DNA of 64,000 nt from Eledone cirrhosa. Lineage: Eukaryota. The translations under genes and the position numbers were made by a program. Location: the NCBI GenBank assembly GCA_964016885.1, contig OZ024751.1, positions 28,520,001-28,584,000 of the forward strand. Reading direction: 5' to 3'. The first letter of the stretch is position 1. The number at the start of each line of letters is the position of its first letter. The notes beneath the pieces are model-generated. The model saw only the letters and a program-made list of their open reading frames with translations, was not told the origin of the DNA and did not search any database. Positions 27,564 through 42,384 of the stretch are shown in pieces.

Positions 27564-28166
27564 ATGGCTGTGTGATTAAGGTGTTCACTTCACAACATAG
27601 GTGTAGGTATGGCTGTGTGATTAAGGTGTTCACTTCACAACATAGGTGTAGGTATGGCTGTGTAGTTAAGGTGTTCACTTCACAACATAGGTGTAGGTAT
27701 GGCTGTGTGATTAAGGTGTTCACTTCACAACATAGGTGTAGGTATGGCTGTGTGATTAAGGTGTTCACTTCACAACATAGGTGTAAGTATGGTTGTGTGA
27801 TTAAGGTGTTCACTTCACAACATAGGTGTAGGTATGGCTGTGTGATTAAGGTGTTCACTTCACAACATAGGTGTAGGTATGGCTGTGTAGTTAAGGTGTT
27901 CACTTCACAACATAGGTGTAGGTATGGCTGTGTGATTAAGGTGTTCACTTCACAACATAGGTGTAGGTATGGCTGTGTGATTAAGGTGTTCACTTCACAA
28001 CATAGGTGTAAGTATGGTTGTGTGATTAAGGTGTTCACTTCACAACATAGGTGTAGGTATGGCTGTGTGATTAAGGTGTTCACTTCACAACATAGGTGTA
28101 GGTATGGCTGTGTAGTTAAGGTGTTCACATCACAAGATAGGTGTAAGTATGGTTGTGTGATTAAGG
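27564..28166. repeat. 45-bp minisatellite, 13 full copies plus a partial, with 5-unit higher-order period
   Basis: ggctgtgtgattaaggtgttcacttcacaacataggtgtaggtat every 45 bp from 27566. Confidence 0.95.
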
Positions 28167-28507
28167 TTGTGACAATTGTCACATACCAAGCTTCAGCAAA
28201 TACAGGAGGAAATAAACATACAGTATATTATTAAACATACAATATGTACATTTATATGTATTTCGCTGTGGGAGCACCAATACAAATATATATATACATA
28301 TATATATATATTCGTGTGGCCACTGTCATCATTGAAATATGTATCACAGCATTACCAATAAAGGACTTTAACATCTGAAACTACTTCGCATTTTCTCATA
28401 TATATATGTGTGTGCAAAAATTGAACGCAACAACAATGCAAAATGACACAATACAATAAAGAAATATATTAGTTTAATGCTTCATATGGCAGGAAAGTAG
28501 GAAAAGA

Positions 28508-28545
28508 GTTTTAATGTTTCGGACAGTAGTCTTTCATCAGAAGAT
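28508..28545 (-). ncRNA. Minimal hammerhead-like motif (family D)
   Basis: Minus strand: tt-CTGATGA-a-AGAC-tact-GTCC-GAAA-cat-TA-aa. Core intact, stems slightly decayed. Confidence 0.6.
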
Positions 28546-29028
28546 AGAATGAGAAGAGAAAGACAAAGAAGAAACAGAAAGATAGAGAGTGAGAGAAGAG
28601 GAAGGAGCAGAAAAAGTTTTAAATAATTTTGAGTAAAAATACACAAGGAGTGTATTCAGTCATCCATTTTGTGTGAGTATAACATTCCTTGCTCTCTTTA
28701 GTAATTAGTAATGTGTGCTTCTATTGTACTGCAAATGTGTTATAATATAAAGTGAAATGTGTTGGCAGGTTTTTTTTAGGTTTTTTTTACACCAATGCAT
28801 TCTGGTTTCCTCTCATTTTGGTTTGCCCTACTCCTTGGTTCACTCTGCTGTACCTCAAACAAATAATACCAAAGATGGAAAGAAATAATCTTCACCAAAG
28901 AACGGAAATTCTAAAGAAGAATTCAAAGATTTTTGTTAATTTATTAGGTTGTTTATTCAAATTTTTAATACATATATATATATATATATGTGTGTGTATG
29001 TATATATATGTGTACGTATATGTGTACG

Positions 29029-29063
<35 letters not shown>

Positions 29064-29270
29064 TAGATAGAGAGACCATGATAGACACTGAGAGGGAGAG
29101 AGAGCATGGTCGGGGGAGGGGGCAGAAAGAGAGACTAAGACACAGAGCTAGATAGCTACATAAAGAAACAGGGGAGAGTAACACACATACTTGAAGAAAG
29201 AGAATATATATATATATATATATATAATATATAAATATATATATACATATATATATACATATATATATAC

Positions 29271-29373
<103 letters not shown>

Positions 29374-29808
29374 TGTTTAGTTTTTGGCAGAGAAATCAGG
29401 AAAAGTGAAGGGAAAAAACAAACTAAAGCCTGACTTTGCAGTACAAAAGTGTAAAGTAGGGTGTTTTCTGTTTGATTGCAGTACCTCGTTAACTGCAGTA
29501 ATTAGCAACAACAGAAGAAGAACTATAGAAAATGGTTAGAAAAGGGTTACAGTGTTCTCTTGTTTCCAGAATAATTCCGGGGAAAGAAATATTTTTATCG
29601 GATTTTCCCTGTTTTTATTTAAAGAAAAAATTTTTTTTTGCTTGAATTAAATTATATCCTACATTACATTGTACTTTGTAATATTGGTGTTGTTGTTGTT
29701 ATTGTCATAGTTGAATATGTACTGGTATGTGTGTGTGTGTATATATATGTATATACACATACACATATATACATATATGTATATATACATATATACATAT
29801 ATGTATAT

Positions 29809-29863
<55 letters not shown>

Positions 29864-30548
29864 TCTTTGAATATATGTATAATGTGTGTGTTTTTGTGAG
29901 TGATTATATACATCTGTATGAGTGTGTATATGATGTTTATGTGAGTATGTGCGTGTGCACGTGAACTTTATGGGTTCACATAGAATTGTACATTACTGTG
30001 TTGATTTGTGTGAGTGTGTGTTTAGAATTTTGTGTGTGTATGTGTAACGTTATGCTTGGGTGCATGTGTGTGTGTGTGTGTGTGCAAGAGTGTGAGTAAG
30101 TGTGTGTGAGTGAGCGTGTGAGTGAGAGTGTGGGTTGTTATTATTTGCAAGTGAATGGGAGTGTATATAGAGAAGAAGAAGAAGAAGAAGAAGAAGAAGA
30201 AGAAGAAGAAGAAGAAGAAGAAGAAGAAGAAGAAGAAGAAGAAGAAGAAGAAGAAGAAGAAGAAGAAGAAGGGAGAATAAAAAAAAAACAAAGAATTTTT
30301 AATTTTCCAGCCAAGTGAACTAATTTTGGTAAATGAATTTAAAATTTGTTCTGTTTTATTTTTATTTTACATTTTTATATAATAAGAATTATGAAAATTG
30401 ACTGACTACTACAGAGAAAGAGAGAGAGGGGGATGTATATGTATATTTATATATTTATATATATATATTTATATATATATATATATATATGTATGTATAT
30501 ACATATATATATGCATGTATATACATACATATATACATACATACATAC

Positions 30549-30606
<58 letters not shown>

Positions 30607-30702
30607 ATATATATACGTATGTATATATATATATATATACGTATGTATGTATATATATATATATATGCATGTATATACATACATATATACATACATACAT
30701 AC

Positions 30703-30752
<50 letters not shown>

Positions 30753-31506
30753 GTATATATGTATATATATATACGTATGTATGTATATATATATATATAC
30801 GTATGTATGTATATATATATATATATAGTGAGAGTGAAGCGTGTGCCTAGAGTGAAACATAAGAGAGAGAGAGAGATCAAGTATCTCTAATTCTTTACTA
30901 ATCACACCATATATATATACAGACATACAAACACACACACATATATATAGATATATAGATATATAGATATAAATACATATATATAGATATAAATACATAT
31001 ATATATATATATATAAATATATACACACACACACATATATATAATGTGCTGGCAGTCAAACATAACAAGTTAATCTACCAATGTGATTTTCTTAAAAGTC
31101 TTTACAGCATAAAATGTAATTTAATCAGATTTTAAATATATATCAGTATAAAAGCATGTCATTTTTGGAAATTATAGTGTATGTGTGTATATGTATATGT
31201 TATATGTTTGTGTGTGTTTGTCTGGGTATGTATGTATATGGAAGTTAGTGTGTGTGTGTCTGCAAGTTTGTATGTCAGACAAGGCTTTTTGATTTGCAAC
31301 ATATCTGCATATATATATATATATATATATATACATAATGTAGGAGGTGAGTTTTATTGTAGTACAATAAAGCAATGCAGATATCGGATAAGAAGCACTC
31401 TACAATTTGTGGGACTGGAGTATGCATAATATAAGATCAAAATATATGGAACTCCTTTAACCATCTTTTGATCTTATATATACATATATATGTGTGTGTG
31501 TGTGTG

Positions 31507-31585
<79 letters not shown>

Positions 31586-31714
31586 GTATGTATGTATAAT
31601 ATTTTATATACACAACTATATGCATCCATAAAAGATGAAGCAGTGAGAGTTTAGTATATGCATGTATATATAATTATACACACACACACAAACACATATA
31701 CTTGTATGTATATG

Positions 31715-31748
<34 letters not shown>

Positions 31749-31815
31749 TATATACATATATATATATACATATATATATATTTATATATATATATAAATA
31801 TATATACATGTATAC

Positions 31816-32344
31816 CAGTGGCGAAGGGTAACCTGGAAAGCAGGGCATGCAGTCCAATCACCATGGCAGAAAGTGGGGCTGTGCAGCCTTACCCCCCCCC
31901 CCCCCTCCATTTCCCTCTAAATGACCCTCCCGATCAAAGCCGCATGTAGTGTTATCTAGTGTGTGTGTGTGTGTTATCTTTTTATGTGTCTACGATTTAG
32001 TAAGCAGTCAAAATTCTGCTTGCCCCAAAGCTGTCGTGTGTTTGTGTGTATGTGTGTATGTGTTTGTGTGTATGTGTGTATGTGCGTGCGTGTGTATGTG
32101 TTTGTGTGTATGTGTGTATGTGTTTGTGTGTATGTGTGTATGTGCGTGCGTGTGTATGTGTTTGTGTGTATGTGTGTATGTGTTTGTGTGTATGTGTGTG
32201 TGTGTGTGTGTGTTATCTTTTTTTGTGTCTATACGTTTTAGTAAGCAGCCAAAATTCTGCTTGCTTCAACCGACGCAATTGATCAACTCAAGATTCTATA
32301 AGGCATGCACTGCATGCTTTGCATGCACAGACCCTTCGCCACTG
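31816..32344. mobile_element. hAT-type MITE
   Basis: Perfect 14-bp TIR CAGTGGCGAAGGGT/ACCCTTCGCCACTG with exact 8-bp TSD ATGTATAC on both sides. Internal 60-bp tandem repeats. Confidence 0.9.
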
Positions 32345-32348
32345 ATGT

Positions 32349-32397
<49 letters not shown>

Positions 32398-33057
32398 TAT
32401 GTATACATGCGTATCTATGTTTGTACATATGTGTAGTGATCATCTCATCATACATGGTTGGAAGGTTAAAGTATATACATGTTATTAATAAACAGTATCT
32501 TTCTAATACTGACAGGAGAGAATAACCAAACCGAGCCAGTAGAATGATGAATGACAAAGTTCACCCTTCCACTGCTTCAGTCACATCCTTAAATCTATAT
32601 CTCTAATGTAAATTCAACATGGCTAAATGATTTAAAAAAAGGTCACTCTGGCTTTGTAATTATATAATTCTGGTTTTGATCCCACTGTGTGGCATCTTTA
32701 GAAAATGTCATTTACCACAGCATCAGGTTGACCTAAGCCTTGCGAGTCAAAATTGGTAAACAGAAACTGTTTAGAAGCCTATCAGAAGATGGACTGTATT
32801 TATAATTCAAATGGCTGGCCAAGTTCATAGTGGGACATTTTAAAGCCCCCTCCCCCCAAAAAAAAAATTATGACAAAATTTTCATTCTTTCCTCTTCAAT
32901 CTTTCTTTCTCTCTCATTCTGTACTATCATCATCATCATCATCATCATCATCATTCTGTACTATCATCATTATCATTATCATCATTCTGTACTATCATCA
33001 TCATCAATCGCTCTGTTAGAACAGACAGTAAATACACACGATGACACCTCGTATATA

Positions 33058-33830
33058 ATAATGGTTGCCCCATATGACACTCTGATAAGTTTAAGGGCCT
33101 ATATCTGAAGAAATAGTTCAACTGTGTTAAGATATAAACTAGGGATTCATTCAGTTGGTGAACAGGTCTATCATTCAACAACCTTGTCCAAAGATTGTTT
33201 CCCTATATGACTCCCTGAGAAGTTTAAGGGCCTATGTCTGAAAACATAGTTCAACTGTGTCAGGATATGAACTAGGGATCATCAGTTAGTGAACAAGTCT
33301 CTCATTGATGGTTGTCCAATATTAGTTGCCCTATATGACTCCCTGAAAAGTTGAAGGGTCTATGGTTGAAGAATTAGTTCAACAGTATCAGGTTATGAAC
33401 TGGGATCCATCAGTTGGTGAACAACTCTGTCCAATGATGGTTACCCTATATGTCACCCTGAGGAATTAAAACCTTTAGCATTTACACTACTCTATAAATA
33501 CTATTGTATTTTCATGTTAAAGGCTTTACCTCACATAATTATCTCACATAACATTTACATTACTCTATATATACTATTGTATTTTCATGTTAAAGGCTTT
33601 ACCTCACATAATATCTCACATAATATTGACTCTATGAGATTTTGATATTATTTATTTTGAGAACAATACCTTAACATAAATATGAGTGGCCAGTTATGGC
33701 CAGTTTGAACAGAAAGAGGTGAGGGAATTCTGGCTGAATATGGCCAGTTTAAATGCTAAAGGCCAGTGGCTGAAGAAATAGTTTGAATGGGTTGGGATAT
33801 GAACTGGGATCAATCAGTTGGTGAACAATC
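33058..33830. repeat. Degenerate ~125-bp tandem repeat interrupted by a piggyBac-like MITE (33470-33762)
   Basis: Unit ...ccctatatgactccctga...tgaactaggga..cagttggtgaaca at about 33060, 33195, 33322 and 33437 (split). The insert is homologous to 4068-4272. Confidence 0.75.
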
Positions 33831-34232
33831 TGAAAGTCCTTCTACAATCAGTTAAGACAAATATAAACACCAACAACAGCAACAACATTTATTTATTTTC
33901 TTAATTAACTAAACTACAATCAAGAAGACTGATTAACAAATAATGTCTTTTTTTTTTCATGTTTGTTTGTTAATGTTTTTCTTCATTTTGTTTCTTTTCT
34001 TTTTCTATTTAATCCTTCTATTATTTCTCATTTATTTCACTTAGTTTGGTTCTCTCTCTCTCTCAATCTCTCTTTCTTTCTCTCAATCTCTCTTTCATTC
34101 ACACATACATTTACTCTCTCTCTCTCTCTGATGCTTACATTCTCTGTCACTCTCTCTCTCTGTCTCTTTCTCATACACTCTTACTCTATCTCATTCTCTC
34201 ACTCTCTGTTTCTCATACATGTTTAGTCTCTC

Positions 34233-34270
<38 letters not shown>

Positions 34271-35172
34271 TCTGTCTATCATGGCCTCTCTCTAACACAT
34301 CTGAGATAGATAGAAAGGTAGATAAATAAATAGATAGACAAACAATATACAAAAAAATCTAAACAAACCCAACATGTTTATAAAACTATTTCACTTCATC
34401 CTCCAGCCCCCCCCCCCTACCCACCCCACCACCACCACCAACAACAGCAACAACATCATCCAATTTTTGTTGCATGTTGTTTGGGTTTTATTTATTAATT
34501 TTCTTGTGTATTTTTTTCTTTTCTTCAGCTTCAGTATTTCCTCTTTATTCAACATTCAACAACAGAACACAACACACAACACAACACACACAACACACAA
34601 CTGGCATAACACAACACACACAACACACACAACACACAACTGACATAACACAACACACACAACACACAACTGGCATAACACAACACATACAAAAGAAAAT
34701 GATAGTTAGTCATGGCATTGATGATAATGGTTGTGATGATTCTAAGCTGTGATAAAAGGAACAATTCTGTCAGATAGTGTTTAGAATCCTTTGCCAAAAG
34801 GTGAAAGAACTAAACCCCTATCTTTCTAGCGAATCACAAAATAAGGATAAATAAATTAAATAAAATACAAAAATAAATCTAGATGTGTTTTTTGGGGTTC
34901 AAGATAAAAATCTTTCGGACCATGTTTCTTTGGCTTATTTTATTTTATTTTTATTTTATTTTCATTTTATTTTATTTCACATTATTTTAAATTTATATAT
35001 TTATTTATTTTTCTGGGATTTTGTTGTTGTTGTTGTTTTTTAAAACAGAAATAACGAAGGAACCAAGAAACCTTGTAAGGAAAGCAAAGAGTTAATCAAC
35101 CAAATTATTATCATCATCATCATCATCATCATCTTCATCATCATCATCATCATCATCATCATTATTACCATC

Positions 35173-35210
<38 letters not shown>

Positions 35211-35904
35211 CATAGTAGCCTCAATCAAAGAAATGATGTCGATGTTGATGATGATGATGATGATGATGGTGGTGGTGATGATGATGATGATGATGATGAT
35301 GAAATTCTGTTTATTATTGTTGTTGTTGTTGTTGTTGTTCTTTAAACTTTAAACAAATGAATGTTTGTGTTGTCTATAAACATTTATCTTTCCCTAATGG
35401 ATATTTTGTTTTTATTTCTAAGAATGAAAGATTGTAAACAACCCCTTCCACCAATCCTTCCCTTTCCCCACACACAAAAAAAACTTAAAATGGTTTTTCA
35501 TCTCTAACTCCAACTATTCCATCTTCCCTTACCATTCTTAGTTCATTCCTAAGTCTTTTATTTTAAACATTTTAAGTTGAAAGTTTTTCAGTAATTCTCA
35601 CGTAAATAGAAATGAAGAAGTGTTATAATCTACATTCTTCAAATTTGAGCAAAGAAACAGAAACACGAAAATCAAATAATAACAATAATAATAATAATTT
35701 TTGATTTAGGCACAAGGCCAGCAATTTAAAGGGAAGGGGAGAGAATCAATTAAATCGACCCCAGTGCATGACTTCGGCGGGATTTGAAGTTAGAATGTAA
35801 AGGGCTGTAACTATATGCCTCAAATAATAATAAATATATAGGCCAAAAAAAAAACAAAACAAACAAAAACAGAGTTGTGTCAGTTTAATATAGGCTTACT
35901 GAAA

Positions 35905-36350
35905 TAATAGTAAATACCACTGACATTAAATACTTGTAAATTTTGTTAAACATCATTAAATATTGTTAAATATAACCAAATCCCATTAAATAATGTTAAA
36001 TATCTTTACCTGTTAAATACCATTGCCATTAAATATAATAACATATCGTTAAATATAACCGTTTTCCCATTAAATAATGTTAAATGCCTGTTAAATACCA
36101 TTGTCATTAAATATTATTAAATACTAAGAATGAATGTTGAACAACATTAAGTATTGTTAAATACCATAAAAATTAAATATAATCAAATACAAGGAATTAC
36201 TGTTGAACACCATTAAATATTGTTAAATGCCATAAAACACTGCCTGATGCAATTAAGTAACATTGCCATTAAATATCACCAAATCCTATTAAATATTGTT
36301 AAATATCTTTGCCATTAAATATCATTAAATACATTTAAATAACATTAATG
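35905..36350. repeat. Degenerate (ccattaaata/ttgttaaata)n array
   Basis: Recurrent ttaaata at about 10-20 bp spacing. Confidence 0.7.
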
Positions 36351-36624
36351 CGTGTATCGACACGCATACTTACATACCTTTAGACATATAGACCATTATA
36401 CATATACCTGCATCACTTTACACCATAGACCTATATACACACACACATAGCTACATAAATAAACACATATAGACCTATACACTCACATAGCTTTATACAT
36501 ATAGATCTATATACACACATAAACTACATAATTACACTCATATACATAAAAAAACAACAAAGCAATCATTGATACGTCAGATATCATGTAGATTGCTAAC
36601 CTGGTGAATAACTTAGCAATACTC

Positions 36625-36690
<66 letters not shown>

Positions 36691-36924
36691 CAATGAGATA
36701 AAAACTAAATAAAGAAATACTAAGTTAATTGAATATGCTACAATCATTTCTAATGTTTATGTTGTTGCTTTTTCATTTCTCTTTGTATGTGCGTGTGTGT
36801 ATACACATACATATGTGTGTGTGTATGTATGTGCATGTGGGTGAATTTTATTTTTTTATTTTTTTATTCCCTCTGAGTAACCATTTAGAGATGTAAAGAC
36901 ATCCAGCCAAGAGGCAGGTTGTCA

Positions 36925-36956
<32 letters not shown>

Positions 36957-37142
36957 AATGTGTCTATACATATATGTGTGCATCTGTGTGTGTCTCTCTC
37001 TCTCTATATATGTGTATATATATATATATAAGATTTAAAGAAGAAAAATGAAAGAAATGAAAAATAAAAACCGACAAAGATGAGACAAACAAATTTAAAA
37101 AAAAGGTAATAATATTTTTAAAAAAAACATATACAAAAGGTA

Positions 37143-37197
<55 letters not shown>

Positions 37198-37449
37198 GCA
37201 AAGTAGCAGTGGCAGCAGTCAGTGAAGTGATACAAGACATAGATGATGCTACCTACAACTTTGGTTAATCAGAAAAATATAAATTATATATTTTTTTCCA
37301 TCTCTCTCTCAAGAAAATAACAACTTTTTTTTTTTTCCTTATAGTTGTTTCTTTTCTTTTCTTCTTATTATTATTGTTGTTATTTATCTTCTCATTCATT
37401 CTTTCCTTCATTATTTCTTTCTCATTCTTTACAATCATCATCATCGTTA

Positions 37450-37491
<42 letters not shown>

Positions 37492-37564
37492 CATCATTAT
37501 TATTATTATTTTAATTATTATCATCATCATCATCACTATCATCATTTCATTTCATATCATCATT

Positions 37565-38312
37565 CGGTGTATTGCAGTATCGGTAGAGCGTCAGACACCA
37601 TGCTTTTCAGTATAGAGTTATGGCCCTTTAAGTTCTGAGTTCAAATCCCGCACAGGTTAGCTTTGCCTTTCATACTTATGGGGTCGATAAAATAAAGTAC
37701 CAGTGATGCACTGGGGTTGAGTTAATCAACTTTCTTCTCACCCCAAAATTGCTGGCCTTGTGCCTAAATCAGAAACCATTATATATTTATTATTAATTCA
37801 CCCACCCTTACCCCCACCACCCTTACCACCACCATAACATTTCTGATGGTGTTGAGTTACGGCCCTTTAGATTCTATGTTCGAATTCCACTGAGGTCAAC
37901 TTTGCCCTTCATCCTCCCAACGTGGCAATCCCGATTAATTCAAAAATTAGCATTATTATTGGCAGTAATTAGTAGAGCATCAGACAAGATAATTTGTGGC
38001 ATATAGTTATGGCCCTTTACGTTTTGAGTTCAAATCCCGCCATCTATCCAGTGGCTTAACAACTCCACCTACAACCAATTTATACAAATTTAATTTACAG
38101 TTATTAATTATTATTGTATGGTGGTGGATTGGCAGTATTGGTAGAGGGTCGGACACCATGCTTTGCAGCATAGAGTTACGGCCCTTTACGGTCTGAGTTC
38201 AAATCCCACTGAGGTTAACTTTGCCTTTCATCCTTACGTGGTCGATAAAATAAAGTACCAGTAATGTACTGGGATAATTGCTGGCCTTGTGCCAAAAGTA
38301 GAAACAATTATT
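37565..38312 (+). mobile_element. Cluster of four same-orientation SINE S1 copies/fragments
   Basis: Copies at about 37565-37782, 37850-37915, 37958-38040 and 38120-38312. Confidence 0.8.
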
Positions 38313-38748
38313 AATTTAAAAATCACTACTAATACCACCACTACTACTACCACCACCGTCGCCACTACCACTACTACTACCACAACCACCACCACTACTT
38401 CTACAACTACTTTTACCATTATTATTGTTATTTTCAGTTTTTTTTCCCTTTCTAACTACTCTCTGACACCCCACCACCCTATCCACCTCCACCTTCACCA
38501 CTTCTTCCAGAAGTCTAGACTGTTCTAAAGAATGGCGAATTCTTCTGCTTCCTTGCTTCCTTATGTTCTGCTCTGTTCAACACAGACAGATAGACAGACA
38601 CACACACACACAGACACACAAACATATAAACACATTACACACACACACATACAAATACACGCAAACATATATACACACATACACATACATATATAGCTTC
38701 CTCTATAAATGCGTGTGTGGATATATGTATATGTGTGTATGTCTATGT

Positions 38749-38816
<68 letters not shown>

Positions 38817-39230
38817 ATATATGTATGTTTATGTATATATATATATATATATGCATATATGTGTGCGAGTCTATGTATATACATATATATATATGTGTGT
38901 GTGTGTATATATACATATATGTGTGTGTGTATATGTACATATGTGTGTGTATACATGTGTGTGTAAATCAAACATGGAGAAAGATGTGTGACTAATGAGA
39001 GATTTTTCAGCTGTATCTTGCAGAAGTAGATTTAGTACAATTTGGTTTTCATGCAGACTGTAATACCATTTACCATTTAATATTTCAAGAAAAGCAAAGA
39101 ATCTTAACGTTTTTCAAACAATTAAGAATCTTTTATTTGCTTCTTTGTCTGATTTTTGTTGTTCTTGTTGTTCATGCTGTTGAGATTTTTTTTTCTTTTG
39201 ATTGTGTGTATGTGTATTTATCATCATTTC

Positions 39231-39566
39231 ACCATCATCATCATTTTACCTCCGCTTTTCCCGGCTTGCAAGGGTGGGACAGGAACTGATTCTGGCTTGA
39301 TTTCTACAGCTGGATGCCCTTCCTAACACCAACCTCATTTACAGTGAGTGCTGGGTGCTTTTTTTGCAGTGGCACCTCCATGACCACTTTGCAGTGGAAT
39401 GATAGGGACCCTAGTCCTATCATCTCATTTCTACAGCTGAGTAAACTGGAGCAATGTGAAATAAAGTGTATTGCTCAAGGAAACAACACATCACCAGTCT
39501 GAGAATTTAACTCACAACCTTTCAATTGCAAGGCCAATGCTTTAACCACTAAGCCATGTGCCTCCA
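39231..39566 (-). mobile_element. CORE-SINE head joined to RTE-type tail (left arm of inverted pair)
   Basis: Reverse complement of 40254-40596. Confidence 0.85.
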
Positions 39567-39637
39567 TATATATATATATATATTATATATTATATATTAT
39601 ATTTATAATTATAATATATATATATATATATATACAC

Positions 39638-39671
<34 letters not shown>

Positions 39672-39681
39672 ATATACATAC

Positions 39682-39742
<61 letters not shown>

Positions 39743-39743
39743 C

Positions 39744-39777
<34 letters not shown>

Positions 39778-39779
39778 AT

Positions 39780-39834
<55 letters not shown>

Positions 39835-40122
39835 TATATATACATATACATATTGTCTGATTTTTGTTGTTCTTGTTATGTTTTTTGTGTGTATATTTAT
39901 ATATATATTTTTTTGTATTGCCATTTATTATTGTCTGGTCTATTTTTGTTATATGTGTATAATGGTTATAAATGTATGCATATATGTATGTATAAAAATG
40001 AGTATATACATGAGCATGATAATATGTATATATGTATGTATGTTGATTTTAAATATGTTTTGAGAAAAATACAAATTTATCTATCTATTTGTGAAACATT
40101 AGTACAGATATTGTTAAAATAT

Positions 40123-40205
<83 letters not shown>

Positions 40206-40253
40206 ATATATATATATATATATGTGTGTGTATATATACATATATATATATAT

Positions 40254-40594
40254 GTGGAGGCACATGGCTTAGTGGTTAGAGCATTGGCCTTGCAATCGAA
40301 AGGTTCTGAGTTCAATTCTCAGACCGGGTGATGTGTTGTTTCCTTGAGCAAGACTCTTTATTTCACATTGCTCCAGTTTACTCAGCTGTAGAAATGAGAT
40401 GATAGGACTAGGGTCCCTATCATTCCACTGCAAAGTGGTCATGGAGGTGCCACTGCAAAAAAGCACCCAGCACTCACTGTAAATGAGGTTGGTGTTAGGA
40501 AGGGCATCCAGCTGTAGAAATCAAGCCAGAATCAGTTCCTGTCCCACCCTTGCAAGCCGGGAAAAGCGGACGTAAAATGAAATGATGATGATGA

Positions 40595-40596
<2 letters not shown>
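40254..40596 (+). mobile_element. CORE-SINE head joined to RTE-type tail (right arm)
   Basis: A box tggcttagtgg, B box gagttcaattc, CORE-like ccttgagcaag...ctcagctgtagaaatgag, tail ggtgttaggaagggcatcc...ggacgtaaaatga(tga)n. Confidence 0.85.
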
Positions 40597-40638
<42 letters not shown>

Positions 40639-40823
40639 TATTGAACCAGATTCCAAGACATGCACGTGCACACACACACAGACACACAAACGCAGACATG
40701 CAGACGCATACGCATACCACACACACGTACATATACATGATTAAATGATATATATATATGTATATATGTATGTATGGATATATATTTGTATATACTATAT
40801 ATATATGTGTGTGTGTCACTCTT

Positions 40824-40879
<56 letters not shown>

Positions 40880-41779
40880 AGTACATTGAAACCCTCATTT
40901 ATTTCTTCACAACCGTGAACCTAATAAGACTTTGTCTTTTTGCATCTCTGTTCTCTGAATTTGTCTTCGATATTCTTGAACTATACACACACATATATAT
41001 ATATATATATGTGTGTATATATTTATATATACATATATGTGTGTGTGTATATATATGTGTCTGTGTGTGTATCTTTATTTATATGTATATATATGTGTCT
41101 GTGTGTGTATCTTTATATATATATATATATATATTAATCATGTATATGTACGTGTGTGTGGTGTGCGTGTATGCGTCTGCATGTCTGCGTTTCTGCGTGT
41201 GTGCATGTGCATGTCTTGGAATCTGGTTCAATTAAATGGGAAAATATTTCTTCCAAGAATCCAGGAAGTTACTCTCTAGAAGTCATTGAGTGAGAGAAGT
41301 AATTAGAAAAGTGGAGAAAAAACACTCAAAAGAACTTTTCCAGAGAATCTCTTATTATAAGACAAGGAACTATTTCCATACGTAAATTTATTCTTTATCT
41401 TCATTTTCCTACTGTCTAGTTTTGTAGCTGTTCTCTTTTACATTATCAGGATTGCTAAAATCGGTAGAGCACCAGATGAAATTGTCATATGCCATTTAAA
41501 CATGGCTCTTTACATTCTGCTATCTAGCTCTAGCAAGGTCAACTTCGAGTTTGTTCTTCGTTGTTTCTAGGTCAATGGAATAAAGTACCAGTCATGTACT
41601 GAGATCAAGTCACTAACTCCCTTGGCCCTTAATTTATATCCTTGTGCCCTTGTTAGAAATAAGAATAAATTTTAAATATATTTATTCAAAAAAGGAGAAA
41701 CAAAACTCAATAGCTGGAAAATACATATATATATATATAAGCCACTTGAAATATATATAATAGAATAAATATGGTTTTA

Positions 41780-41979
41780 NNNNNNNNNNNNNNNNNNNNN
41801 NNNNNNNNNNNNNNNNNNNNNNNNNNNNNNNNNNNNNNNNNNNNNNNNNNNNNNNNNNNNNNNNNNNNNNNNNNNNNNNNNNNNNNNNNNNNNNNNNNNN
41901 NNNNNNNNNNNNNNNNNNNNNNNNNNNNNNNNNNNNNNNNNNNNNNNNNNNNNNNNNNNNNNNNNNNNNNNNNNNNNNN
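41780..41979. other. Assembly gap (200 N)
   Basis: Run of N. The left edge is a family B fragment (41745-41779). Confidence 1.
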
Positions 41980-42338
41980 AATTTGGTAACAAAAGCTAAA
42001 AATAGCAGCTGAGAAAAATGATGGTTGGGGATGGCTCCATCTATATTTAACACCATTTTGGTGCACCAGAAGTCTACTGCTGCAGCATGCAGTAGTTGAT
42101 GCCATCCAAATTAAAGAATTGTTCGAAGTGTCAGAAAGAAGAAAATGCTTGGTTCAATTATTGTTCTTTTTTTAGTTTTGTTTTTGGCATAGATTTTTTT
42201 TTCTTTATTCAGAAATGGATTGTTTTAAGTTTCACTTGTAAAGACATTCTGTTTCTGTTCTCATATAATATATATATATATATATATATGCTTATATATC
42301 TATCTATATAAGCTTTATATACATATATATATACATAT

Positions 42339-42384
<46 letters not shown>

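Noticed and set aside
27564-28166. CRISPR-like or zinc-finger-like array
   Set aside because: Units are contiguous with no unique spacers and no cas genes. Near-identity at the DNA level, including third positions, indicates a minisatellite.
40258-40330. tRNA gene
   Set aside because: A and B boxes are present but continue into a CORE domain and LINE tail with no proper acceptor stem or terminator. It is a SINE head.
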